Source of the DNA: Neovahlkampfia damariscottae
Lineage: Eukaryota
Assembly: GCA_016618085.1 (NCBI GenBank)
Contig: JABLTG010000014.1
Span: forward strand, 124,001-188,000
Direction of reading: 5' to 3'
DNA: 64,000 bases
Part shown: positions 27,592 through 39,899 of the stretch, piece by piece
Numbering within the stretch: position 1 is the stretch's first letter
Layout: every line of letters starts with the position of its first letter
The notes under the pieces: model-generated
Databases searched by the model: none
Told to the model about the DNA's origin: nothing
What the model saw: only the letters and a program-made list of their open reading frames with translations
Program-made: the position numbers and the translations under genes

Positions 27592-30315
27592 ATGAGTTTT
27601 CTACCAACAAGAGAAGTAAACAATTTGAAAAAAGTTCAAGAAATTTACTGTGAAGATGTAGTGAAAAGATCTTCTTCAGTTTCAGAAACACCTGATTTTG
27701 GTAAGGTTAGGAGAACTTATTTAGAAGAGGAAGAGGAAGAGGAAGAATATGAAGAAGAGGAAGAGTTAGAAGAAGGTGATGGTAATAATATATTCAAATC
27801 ACTAAATAAAACAATAGTTGAAGTTGAATGGTCAAATGGTGACTTTGAAATAATTTCAGAAAAAAAGTTAAAACTTGTGGATAGGTCTTTTCTACATGGT
27901 GATGTATGTGCAATGAAAAAAGCACCATTCCAAAAAAGTGGTTATGTTAAAGATGTCAATGTAAAGTTCAATTTTTTCATTTTAAAAATACTCAGTTGTT
28001 TTTAGATATTTTAATCATTGGTCAAGATGATTTTGTTCATGAAATGTAAAACTAAAAAAAAGAAATTAAAATTTAAAGAAAAGGAGTTAATTCAAAGCAT
28101 TTACAACATTTTCATAAATTTGGGTAAATAGAAATTATAAAATATAACTATAAAAATAATAGAAATCGAAATTTAGCAGTATATGATAAATGGTTATGTA
28201 GAATTGATGATTTAATATTTGAAATTGAAGTTGAATTTAATGATGGATCTATTTGTTTAATTTCACCATTATCTTCAGATCTTATTGATATAACATCAGT
28301 AGATCCAAGAGATGCATCTACATTCTTTCTTTCAATGCCAATAGATTTGAGTTCAAAAAGAGCAAAAGAAATATTAAAAAAATCAAAATGGATTGAAGGA
28401 AAATATACAAAAGATAAATCTATTGGTACAGGTAAGAAAAAACTGAACTAAACTGATTTAAAAAAAGTGATTGATATTAAACCAATTGATGTTGCATTAG
28501 AAATAATTGCAGGACATCCAGAAAATGATGAAGATGAAATTGAATTACCTCAAAAAATATTAATTCAAAATTTAAATGTATTTTCTTTTTTTGAATATGA
28601 AAATTGGAGTATTCATGATAAAGCATTAATATCAACAGATTTACTTGAATATAATTCAAAAGAATTAAAACAAGAACCAATTTCAAAAAAGATATTTGAT
28701 GATTCATTTTCAATTGAAATATTATTAACAGAAACCTATGTTGATGTTATGTGGGAAAATGGTGAATTAGAAAAGAATATAAAAACCACAGATTTAGTTT
28801 CAATATTACATGTTGGTGAACAAGATTTTTTACCTGAAGATATAATTAAATCAAAAGAAGATGAAAATAAAATTGGATTCATAAAATCAGTTGATTCAAA
28901 ATCAAAAACATGTAAAGTTAAATGGGAAAGTAAAAATGAAAAAGAAGAAGAAGAACTTTCAATTTATGATATTAAAGAAAGTAAAGAATATCAATTCACT
29001 TTAGGTTCAGTTGTTATTGTAAAAGAAAAAGAAGAAAATCAAAAAGATTGGATTGGTGAAGTTATTGATTATAAAGATGGTATATTAACAGTTAGTTGGT
29101 TAAATAATACTATTTCAAATATAAAATATGATAAAGTTATTGATTCTGAATATTCAAATGATGATGAAAATAATGAAAATCAAAATGAATTATTAGATTT
29201 AGCGACACAATTAATGAATAGAATTGAAAATGGTATGGATATTGATCAAGATGATGAATTTGTTGGTCAATTATCAACTTTTATTAATGAAAGAGAAATA
29301 TTAGAAGAAAAACAAAAAGGAAAAAAAATAATTGGTTATAAAAATAATATTGAATTTGAAGATTATATTGTTTCAGATGATGAAAAAGAACAAGAAGAAA
29401 AAAATATAGATGAAATAAAAAAAGAAGAAGAATTTAATGAAAGGGTTGAACAATTATTTAATATGGAAGATTTAAATCAAAATATTGATCATTTTCAAAT
29501 TGTAAATGATATTGAAGATCATCATTTTAAAAATCAAATAACCAATCAAAATCATTCAAAATTCATTCAAAAAATACAACAAGAATGGAAATTATTAAAA
29601 TCAAATTTACCAAATGAAATATTTGTCATAGTTTCTGAAAAGAATATGAATTTAATGAGAGGTATTATTATTGGTCAAAAGAATACACCATATAATAATG
29701 GAATATTTATATTTGATATATTTTTACCTTCAAATTATCCAGTTGCGTATCCAAAAATATATTTTTGGTCATATGGATCAAGATTAAACCCAAATTTATA
29801 CGAAAATGGAAAAGTTTGTTTATCATTATTAGGAACATGGGAAGGAAGAGATTCTTGCGAAGTTTGGAATCCAAAAAATTCAAATGTACTACAAGTACTA
29901 TTATCATTATTAGGTTTAGTTTTAGTATCAGAACCATATTTCAATGAAGGTATCATTCTCTAATTTTAAATTTCATTTTTTAGCTGGATATGATAAACAA
30001 ATTGGTACAGAAGAAGGCCTTATTAATTCAATTCAATATAATGAAAATGTTATTATTCAAGTTTCAAATCATCATTTAAATAATTTAATGAATTCACCAA
30101 AACATTGCAAACAAATCATTCAAAATCATTATTTTAAAAATTATAAAAATATTATTAATTTGTTGGAAATTTATTTAAAAAATGATTTAAATTTAAAAAA
30201 ATTAGATGAATTAGGTTTATTTCAATCCCCATCAAAAGGTTTTTTAATTTCAATTGAAAAATTGATTTTGAAATTAAATAACTTTTTTGATTCTTATTTT
30301 AAACATGAAAAATAA
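27592..30315 (+). CDS. UBE2O: Large E2/E3 hybrid ubiquitin-conjugating enzyme (UBE2O/UBC23-like)
   Basis: LVDRSFLHGD, VDVMWENG, RLNPNLYENGKVCLSLLGTW, LVLVSEPYFNE|AGY. Confidence 0.93.
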
Positions 30316-30431
30316 TGATACAATTTTATTCAAAAAAAAAAAAAATTTTTGAGCAACGTTGAAAAAAAATAAAACGTTTTATTTTTTTCATCCAATCATT
30401 TTTATTTCTTTAAAAAAACTTAACAACAGAA

Positions 30432-31755
30432 ATGCCAAAAGCTTTAATTCTTGTAGGAGGATTTGGAACACGTCTCAGACCATTAACATTAAGTATTCCA
30501 AAACCATTAGTTCCATTTGCTAACAAACCGATGATTGTTCATCAAATTGAAGCACTTAAAAAAGTAGGTGTTGATGAAGGTAAAAATTATTATCATTTGT
30601 TATTCATATCCCTTATAATAGTAATCTTGGCTATTAACTATCAACCTCATGTTATGAAAAAAGAAATGGACAAATTTGCAGAAGAAGTTTTTTAAAGTTT
30701 AATTTTAATTTTTTTTTAAAGCATGGAGTTAAAATTACTTATTCATTGGAAACAGAACCATTAGGAACCGCTGGACCTTTAGCACTTGCTAGAGATTCTT
30801 TGACAGCAAATGGAAATGATATTTTTTTTGTTTTGAACTCAGGTATTTATTTAGTTTCATTTAAATTTATTATTAGATGTAATATTCATTTAAATTTAAT
30901 ACATGTAGATTATTTGTTCATTTCCTCTTGAAAATTTATTAAAATTTCACAAGAGTCACGGAAAAGAAGGAACCATCATGGTTACAAAAGTTTTAGAACC
31001 TTCAAAATATGGAGTTGTTGTTTCAAAAGAAAATGGTGAAATTCAACAATTTGTTGAAAAACCACAAGTATTTGTTGGAAATAGAATTAATGCAGGTCTT
31101 TACATCTTCAACAAAGAAATTTTGGATAGAATAAAACTTGAACCAACATCAATTGAAAGAATAATCTTTCCACAAATGGCAAAAGAAAAAACACTTTATT
31201 CAATGGATTTAGAAGGTTTTTGGGTAAAATATTTTGTTATCTTAACTTTTTCTTCTAGATGGGTAAAAATATTAATGAAGTTATTTTAATATTTTTTAAA
31301 CAGATGTTGGTCAACCAAAGGATTATCTCACAGGAATGTGCTTATATTTAAATCATTTGAAAGAAAATAAATCAGAACTCTTAGCAAAAGAATCCAAAGA
31401 TAATTTATATGTTATTCAAAAAGAAACAGTTATTATTTCACCTTCAGCTAAAATTGGAAAAGATTGTGTTATTGGACCAGATGTTTGTATTGGTGATAAT
31501 GTTGTTATTGGTGATGGTGTTAGAATCAAAAGATCAACTGTCTTTGGTGGTACAAAAGTTGGTTCAAATTCTTTGATTTCATCTTCAATCATTGGATGGG
31601 ATTGTTCAATTGGAAAATGGAATAGAATTGAAAATAATACAGTTTTAGGAGAAGATATTCAAATTTCAGATGAAATTTACATCAATGGAGGAAAAATATT
31701 ACCACACAAAGGTATTAAAGAAAATGTCCCAACTCCAGATACAATTATTATGTAA
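30432..31755 (+). CDS. GMPPB: Mannose-1-phosphate guanylyltransferase (GDP-mannose pyrophosphorylase), 7 exons including two micro-exons
   Basis: [41 protein letters not shown], hexapeptide beta-helix C-terminus. Confidence 0.98.
30877..30878 (+). other. 2-nt micro-exon (AT) in GMPPB
   Basis: Lies between introns 30843-30876 and 30879-30908; restores FFVLNS-D-IICSFP. Confidence 0.85.
31259..31262 (+). other. 4-nt micro-exon (ATGG) in GMPPB
   Basis: Lies between introns 31224-31258 and 31263-31303; restores GFW-M-D-VGQPKD. Confidence 0.9.
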
Positions 31756-31789
31756 GAGATGTGATTAGATCAGTGAAATAAATTATTAT

Positions 31790-33480
31790 TTATTGAACCC
31801 AAAATGATTTAGTCTCAGCAGGATCACCAAATGGACAATCATCTAAATGAAAATCATCTTCTTCTTCATTTGTGTAAGGTTTTGAACTTAAATAAGTTTC
31901 ACTTGATGTCAGTCTTTCAATTTTATCTTTTGCACATCTTATCAATTGTTCCTTTTTTTCTTCGGATATTTTTTTGTTTGAGAAAATTTTGATCGCATTT
32001 TTATGTTTCATTATCTCCTTTGTTGTCTTGAAATTTCTCAACCAAAATGCTCGATCAAAACTTTTAAGTAATTTGTACTCATTTTGATATTTATTATGAA
32101 AATTTGGATTTGTTTTGAGTAATGAATGATAAAATTCATCTAATTGAGAGTGAGTTTTGAATTGAATTGAGTCATTCTCCAAATTAAATTCATTTTGCAT
32201 TTCTGAATTGATTGGAAATCTCAATTTCGAATTTCCATTTTTTTTAATATCTGTCAAAAATTGTTCTAAAACACCTGATGTCTCAAATTTCAAATTTAAA
32301 CCCCCAAGTACTATTTCCACAAAATCTTGACAATTTCCTTCATTTTTTTTATGACTAAATGATTGATAACTAAAATTTACATTCCATTCACAAATAATCT
32401 TTGCAATTTTCTCTCTAATTGTTTCCAATGACTCAATAGATGATATTTCACCAATATCTGCAGATAAGAATGCTGTTTTACTTGTACAACTTCTAGGTAT
32501 ACAAAGACCTGAATCATTCCATTCCAGATACCAAGGTCCTATTAATAGTGCAGTATGAAATAGACCCATAGATGAAACATTAAAGTCTGACAAAATAGGT
32601 GATAATAATTTTCTGAAACTTGATCTAATTTTTGATTCACCCATTTGATCAACAAATATAATTTTAATTTTTAATTCCTTTTCGAATTGATCTGATTTTG
32701 GAATAGATTCAACATCTTTTTTCAAATTCTCAATTTCTTTAATTTCTTCAAATTCGTCATAGGTTAATTCTTCAATAGAATTTGATTTTGATATTAATTT
32801 ATTTGAAGAAACAAAATTATTATGAACTTTTAAAGTATCAATCCAATTTGTTGGTAAATAATTCTTCTTTAAATTTTCAATATCTGATAAATTTTCTGAC
32901 ATTTCCATTAGGGTATCATTATCAAATTCATACCCAGCTAATTTCAATTTTTCAAAAACTTTTTCTGTTTCTTCTTTGTCATCTTTAAATAAATCTTTTG
33001 GTTTTCTTATTTGATCAAAAAGTTTTGGTGTCAATTCAAAGACAAGTGTACCTTTTTTTGCATTATCTAACTTGTGAAGAAATTTTTTAGTTTTATTTTT
33101 TTCAAGTTCTGATAATTTTATTTTTGTTCCACCCATATACTTATCTTTTTGTAGGCGATTAAAATCATAACATTCAACTATTCAAATCAATTACAAAGTT
33201 AATTATACCTTCTAAATATTCATCATCATAGTAAGCTTCATTTGAAATGGGTAACACAAAACTTTGACCCCAACTTGGACTCAAATTTTTATGAATAGTT
33301 TTACTTTGTATTGATTTTTCACCGGCTTTAAAAATTATATATGGACTAGATTTTCCTATTTTATTTCAATTTGTATTTTTCCTCACCATTAGAGACTGTA
33401 GGTGCCAAATCTATCCCTTGTATCAAATAAATTTCAAGTTGTGGACCGAATACTGACTCTTCTTCTGAGCTACGAATCAT
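31790..33480 (-). CDS. N-terminal C2 domain fused to a permuted papain-like (PPPDE/LRAT-type) domain
   Basis: Two upstream exons give C2 (LIQGIDL..GKSSPY..KNLSPSW..VECYD..DKYMG); then FHTALLIGPWYLEW and Y......NCQDFV. Confidence 0.75.
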
Positions 33481-33524
33481 GGTGCCACAAAATTTACAAC
33501 CAATAAGAAAACACTATTATTTAT

Positions 33525-33938
33525 TTACCAAATTTTATGTTTCAAAATAATCTCTATTATTTGTTTTGATATTTTTCTGTTATCACTTTCTTTCATTTCC
33601 TTCAGTGCCACACTCAAAATTAATGTTTTATTTGAAGTTTTTGAAATATCGTTCATCAATTGATTAGCAAAAATGTCATGGATCACTTCTTCTCTTTTTC
33701 CAACTAATGTTTGTATATCAAATATACCTTCCATATCTTCTTTCTTTCCAGTCATTATTGTTCCTTGAAGATTAATTAAAATAAAAAAAATACCAGGTTT
33801 GTTTAATTGAGTAATCATAATGAAAATCTTGTCAACAAATCCTTGAATTATTAATTCTGTATGTACACCTTCAATTAAAAATGCCAAATGCTTTCTATCA
33901 AAATTATTTTTCTTCTTCTTTTGTTGGTTGTTCAACAT
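33525..33938 (-). CDS. PSMG3: Proteasome assembly chaperone 3
   Basis: IEGVHTE...FVDKIFIMITQLNKP|GTI, TLVGKRE, LILSVALK; one 30-nt intron. Confidence 0.85.
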   Translation of the reverse strand: MLNNQQKKKKNNFDRKHLAFLIEGVHTELIIQGFVDKIFIMITQLNKPGIFFILINLQGTIMTGKKEDMEGIFDIQTLVGKREEVIHDIFANQLMNDISKTSNKTLILSVALKEMKESDNRKISKQIIEIILKHKIW

Positions 33939-33995
33939 GAATTGAATTGATTGGATATCCAAATTAAAATGATGAACAATACATAAAATAAAACT

Positions 33996-34676
33996 TTATT
34001 TCGTTTGATAAGTAAAATATATGGAATTTTGTTTATCAGCATCATTCCCAAATATGTGAATTTTGCACTGAACTTTAAATTTTGAGATTAGTGGAATGAA
34101 TTTTAGTGAGAGTTTCATTCTATCAATTGTTAGTTATAAATTTGATATTTTGTACTTTTCCAATGGTTCCATAGATTCAATTATTTTTGTTGTTGTTGTT
34201 TTTTTTTCAACTAGTTTATCTTTTAAAATAAGATAATATTCTTACAAGTGGCTTCATGAGTTTCTTCTATAAAGATATCTGAAATATGTTATAATAATAA
34301 TAAATCATACTTTTAATTTTTGTTTCTGAAATGACAGATATAATTATATTCATTTCTTTATTTTTTGGTACAGTTATTAATTTTGAATCAGGTTTTATTT
34401 GAATTGTAAAGTCTTGATTCACTAAGATTTCAACATTTTCTATGTGTAAGTTCTTTATTTTTCTTTTGGTTTAATATGAAATGATATGGTTTACAACTTT
34501 TCAACATGAGAACCAAACCTAAAAGAACTTGAAGGTCTGAGGGTTGAGTTAAACTTTGGTGATTTTAAAACAAAGTCCATCAATGAATTAGTTCTCTTTA
34601 CTTGATTTTCACTTGAAGGGTTTTGTGCGGATAGTAAAGAATCAGCGTCAAGGTTAAGAGAAAACTTTTTATCCAT
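33996..34676 (-). CDS. Hypothetical protein, 5 exons
   Basis: Open after four GT-AG introns: MDKKFSLNLD...YFTYQTK*; CCAAT box 4 nt from the ATG. Confidence 0.65.
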
Positions 34677-34798
34677 TTTGATTGGACAATTTCAAGATTG
34701 TCATTTATATTCCCACACTAGAAGAATTGAAATAATAATTATACTCTTGATTAATATTTTAGTATCAGTATTAGTAGTAGTAGTAGAACAATTTATGA

Positions 34799-35695
34799 TT
34801 AATAATAAATGGTCAAAGTTTTATGATGTGGTTTAATTTCTTTTCTTAACATTTCACCCATTTGCCAAAGTTTCCAATCCACTTCAATTGCAATTTTTTC
34901 ATTTTTCATTAATTCCACACATTGAACAGTTAATGCTCTAATTTCAATTTCTTCAATACTTCCTGGATAAATTTCAATACCAGAATCAATTTTATCTGAT
35001 AATTCTTTTGAGTATTCAAATATTTCTAAATGTCTTAAAATTTGTGGTACTCTATAATCAGCAAATGAAGTTAATTCATTTATATCATTAAATTTTCCAA
35101 TACCTTCACCACTAAATGAACCATGAATATCAGCACAAAATATTTGAGCTCTTTTATAAAAAAATATTTGTCTTCCATTAAAAATAGAATGATCTCTAAA
35201 TGCAGGAAATGTTTCAATAATAATATTAACTAAATTTATAACACTTTGATTCGCTCCTTTAATTAAATTTTTAACAGTTTTATATTTCATTTCAAGTCCA
35301 AACCCTATTTCTTTAATTAATCTAATTCTTTCATCCATTTGTGGTAATTTAATTCCATCAAACCATTTTAAAAATGTTTTTTCATTCATTTTCATTAAAT
35401 TTTCATTATTAAATGAATTTGGATCATTTTCAATTGTCTTTTTTAATCCTTTGGCTAAATCACCATATTCAAAAGAATTTAATGGCCAAAAACAAAAATT
35501 TAAACTTGATAATATTAAAATATATCTTGATGATAATTCTTCATCTTCTTTTTTAAAATAATGAACACTTTCAAAATCCCATTTAATTTCTTCTTTTTCG
35601 TTAAAATTTTTTAATTTCTCAAAATTAATTTTAACATGTTTTGAATGTTTCATTACATAATTTGTTGTACTTTTTACTAATTCCAATGGATTCAT
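34799..35695 (-). CDS. QNG1: Queuosine salvage protein (DUF2419), intronless
   Basis: LNFCFW, FYKRAQIF.AD, LTSFADYRVPQIL, EIEIRA, PHHKTLTIYY. Confidence 0.95.
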   Translation of the reverse strand: MNPLELVKSTTNYVMKHSKHVKINFEKLKNFNEKEEIKWDFESVHYFKKEDEELSSRYILILSSLNFCFWPLNSFEYGDLAKGLKKTIENDPNSFNNENLMKMNEKTFLKWFDGIKLPQMDERIRLIKEIGFGLEMKYKTVKNLIKGANQSVINLVNIIIETFPAFRDHSIFNGRQIFFYKRAQIFCADIHGSFSGEGIGKFNDINELTSFADYRVPQILRHLEIFEYSKELSDKIDSGIEIYPGSIEEIEIRALTVQCVELMKNEKIAIEVDWKLWQMGEMLRKEIKPHHKTLTIYY

Positions 35696-35783
35696 TTAGT
35701 TGTGTGCGAATCACAGTTCAGTTTACAAAACAAAAATATTATCCAATTAAATTTTGTTTTTCTTGCAATAAAAATTGGTTACT

Positions 35784-38476
35784 ATGACTTCAAACTTATT
35801 TGAACCATTTAAAAAAATTGGAATTGTTATTGATAAAATACCACCATTTATAACATCAGATAAAATATATGCTAGTGTTGGAAGATCATATCATTGTTAT
35901 AACGTAAAAAAAAGAAAAAAAAAAAATATTAAAAGTAAAAGTTAAAAGATTTAAAAGTTATTCATATTGGACCTGAATTACCTGAAGATATTACCAATAT
36001 AGTATGTATTGATGATATAGTTTATGGTAGTTGTGGTCAAAATATATATGTTATGAAAGGAAAAGAAATACTTTCAATTTTAACAGAACATCATCAAGAT
36101 ATTTCCAATTTAATAGTTATAGGAGGATTATTATTATCATTTAGTGAAAATGATTGTATTGTTTGGAATGAAAATGAAAAAATAAATGAATGGAAATTTA
36201 ATGAAACTATAACATGTATTATTCATCCATATACATATTTAGATAAAATATTAATTGGAACAGAAAAAGGAGATATATTTTTAATGAATATTAGAGTTGG
36301 TAAAGTTATTTATAAATTTGGTAACTTTTCATCTTCAATATCTTGTATGGAAAATAGTAATGCATTAGATATTATATCTATTGGTTTATCAAATGGAAAG
36401 TAAGATATTAAATATGAATTTAAAAAAAAAAAAAAAAAGAATATTATTATTTCATTTAAAAAAGAATTTAATTTTATTTCAATTTGAACATTTAACAGGT
36501 CCAATTACAAGTTTATCATTTAGAACAGATAAAGAAAATTCTTTAATTTCAAGTAATAGTTTAGGTGAAATTGCAATTTGGGATTTAATGGAAAGAAAAT
36601 TATTAACTTTAATTGAAAATCAACATAAAAAGATTACAAAATTATATTTTGTATTTAAAGAACCAATATTCTTTTCATTTGGTGAAGATAATACAATTAA
36701 TCAATTTATAATGGATAGAGTTGATAAACCAAGAGTATTAAGATATTTAAAAGGACCAATAAAACCACCATCTTGTAAGAGAGAATATATAAATTCATTT
36801 TTTTTAAAAAGATGTTAGATTTTATGATCCAATGGGAAATTGGGTTTTAACTATTGATGAAAATGTAAGAAAAATAAAAATTAAAAAAATGAATAAAATT
36901 AGATTAGATTAACATCATTATTTAGTTCAAAAACATCAGAATTATCATCAAAAAAAATGAAATTACCAACTATTACAGATTTAGATTTTTGTTATCTTAG
37001 ACAAGATGATTGGGATAATTTAGTTACATGTCATAATGATTCAAATGTTAATTTATGGAATGTTAAAAATCAAGTTATTAATGAGAAAATGCATTTATAT
37101 TCAAAAGGAAATACAAGAAGTGTTTGTTTATCAACATGTGGTAATTTTGTAATTATTGGTAAATCCAATGGTAAATTAGAAAAATGGAATATACAATCAG
37201 GATTATTAAAAGGTATATTTGAACAAGATGAATCACATTTTGGTGCAATATCTGGAATTAAAATTGATTCTGGAAATTCAATTATTGTTTCTTCAGGTTG
37301 GGATGGTAATTTAAAATTTTGGGATTTTAAAACATTAAAATTAATATCAACTATATCATCTGATTCACCAATCACAAAAATGATAAAATCAAATTCATCA
37401 AATTTAATTGCAATTATTACAGATGATTTTGATATTAAAATATTTGATATTCGTACTTTTAAATTAATTAGAAAATTCTCACAAAATAACAAAATTAATG
37501 ATATTGTAAAAATAATTATTAATACTCATAAAAATAGACATTTTCAAATGATTCAAAATATTTAATATCATCTTCAATGGATGGTAGTTTAATGGTTTAT
37601 GATTTAATTTCATCTCATTTAATTGATTGGATAATTGTTGAAAATCCAATTACATCTTTATCATTTCATCCAAATGGTTTATATTTAGTTACAACGCACA
37701 AGAATTCAGTTGGTATTTATCTTTGGATAAATAAATTAATATTTGGTAAAATGATTTTAAAAAATGTTGATTCTCCAACAAAATTATCATTTAAAGAATG
37801 GACAGTTAGTGGTTATCAAGAAGAACAAGAACAAGAACAAGAAAATGAAAAAATATTAAATAAAATGGATAAAGAAATTAAAAATAGAATTGAATCAAAT
37901 TCAAAAGATTCAATTAAATTATCTGGAATTCCAAAAGAGAAATTATTAACTTTATTAAATTTAGATGAAATTAGAAAAGAAAGTAAAAAAGATAAAGAAA
38001 TGGCAAAAATTATTGCGCCTTTTTTTTTAACCAATGAAAATAAAAAGGAAGAAGATCATTTTAAATCTAAATTATTTAATAATAATGATATGATTCAAAC
38101 AAGTTCATCAAAAATGATTGAAATGATTAAAAATAAAAAAAGAAATGATTTAATTGAATATTTTAAAAATGAAAATATTAAAAATATTGATATTTCTTTA
38201 AGAAGTTTAAAATCAAATGAAAATATGTTGGAAATGAAATTATTATTAGATTTCTTTATTTCAGAATTAAAAAAGAATCAAAACTTTGATTTAATTCAAT
38301 CTTTAGTAAATTTATTTTTAAAAATTCATTCAGAGTTAATCATTGCAAACTCAGATGACGAAGAAATTTTTGAAAAATTAGAAAATTTAAAAATGATATT
38401 AAATTTTGATAAAATGGATGAATTAATTCATACAAACACATCTTTGATAAAAATTTTGAGTGGTTTACCAATTTAA
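35784..38476 (+). CDS. WDR36: U3 snoRNP WD40 protein UTP21/WDR36
   Basis: LFEPFKKIG, HPYTYLDKIL, DWDNLVTCH, CGNFVIIG, HLIDW, APFFL. Confidence 0.93.
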
Positions 38477-38508
38477 ATAAATTTTATTTTCGAAGTGTCG
38501 GAGTTTAT

Positions 38509-38540
38509 ATTATTGGTTTATTATTGGTTTATTATTGGGT
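38509..38540. repeat. Three 11-nt-spaced ATTGG units in a convergent intergenic gap
   Basis: ATTGG at 38512, 38523 and 38534; TCGGAG at 38498. Confidence 0.75.
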
Positions 38541-38566
38541 TATCACTGTGTTTGTTCACTACCTAT

Positions 38567-39754
38567 TTAAATTGATTTCAAATTCATTTCAGTTTGTATT
38601 ATTGATTGATCATCTTCTTCTTTTACTTCTTGTTCATTCAAATTTGTAATTTCAAATTGATCATTATTTTTATTTCTAACACATGTAAATCTTTCCATTC
38701 CAATATGATAATAAAATTCATTTACTTCATTGGATAATATTTTTGAACCATAATTAAACAATGTTGATATTTTTTTTTCACAATCTAAATTTTGAGAATG
38801 ACAAACGAAATATTTCTTTTCATTATTTACAACTAAATAATTTAAATTTTCATTTTGAATAATATTTGGACTTTAAAAAGTTATAAAGTGTGTCTGTTTA
38901 ATTACTATTGAATATTTGAATTTTTTAATAAAATTAATAATTCATTTAAAGATGGTTTTTGAGCACATAAAATAAATAAATCTAAATTTTTAAATAATTT
39001 CATAGTTAATAAACGTACAGGTTTTGTACCATCTTTTAAATAAATTGGAGTATCTTTACCAGTTGAATTATTTAATGAAAAATTAAACATTTCAATTAAT
39101 TTTAAATCTTTATATGATTGAGATATCCATGAATCTGTTGAATAATAAATTGAATTTTCAAAATATAAAGCACATGGTAAATCATTTAATTTTTCATTAA
39201 TTAATTTTAAAATTGAATTATTTGATGTAATATCAGAATAATAATATCTTGGATATGGTATTAAAAAATCAATAAAATGATTCATTAAAAATTTATCAAT
39301 AAAACCATTAATACATCTTAATTTCTTTTTAAATACTTCAATATTTTCATCATGTACATCATTATATTCAATTTTACCAAATTGTAATTTTAAAATACCA
39401 ATAATATCTAATATTAATAACAAATAATATATCACTCACATTTTAATATATTTTGATTATATTCTTTTTGAAAACTATAATTATTCTCTTTACTTCCTAA
39501 TGTAAATAATAATATAATTTCATCTTTATCATTTAATGTTTCAAAATTAATTAAATGTCCTTCTGTATAAATAGAATTTAAAACTTATTGTTAAAAAAAA
39601 ATAAATAAATTATATTACAGTATTCATGTGTTGATGAAGTTTGATATATAACACTTAAAAGTGATATACTTTGATTTATATTAGATGTTCCTTTATTATA
39701 TAAAGTTAAACCATGAGAGTTTACAATAGAAAGGAAGAAATCACTTTCTTGCAT
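38567..39754 (-). CDS. FUZ: Fuzzy-like longin-domain protein (CPLANE)
   Basis: NIEVFKKKLR..IDKFL, STDSW, GKDTPIYLKDG.KPVRLLTMKLFKNLDLFILCAQKPSL matches remembered Fuzzy DYPVYLPHGS..PHRLLTL..LCGPSP; 3 introns. Confidence 0.8.
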
Positions 39755-39899
39755 GAATTAATATGATTGGTTAAAGAAAAAGTAAACTGTAGATTATTAT
39801 GAACTATATCCTGTAAATATAAAACAATTGAAGTGAATTTATTCTACAAAAAAATGTTAAATATTTCATCCAATCAGAACAAAAAACACTTCGGTATTG

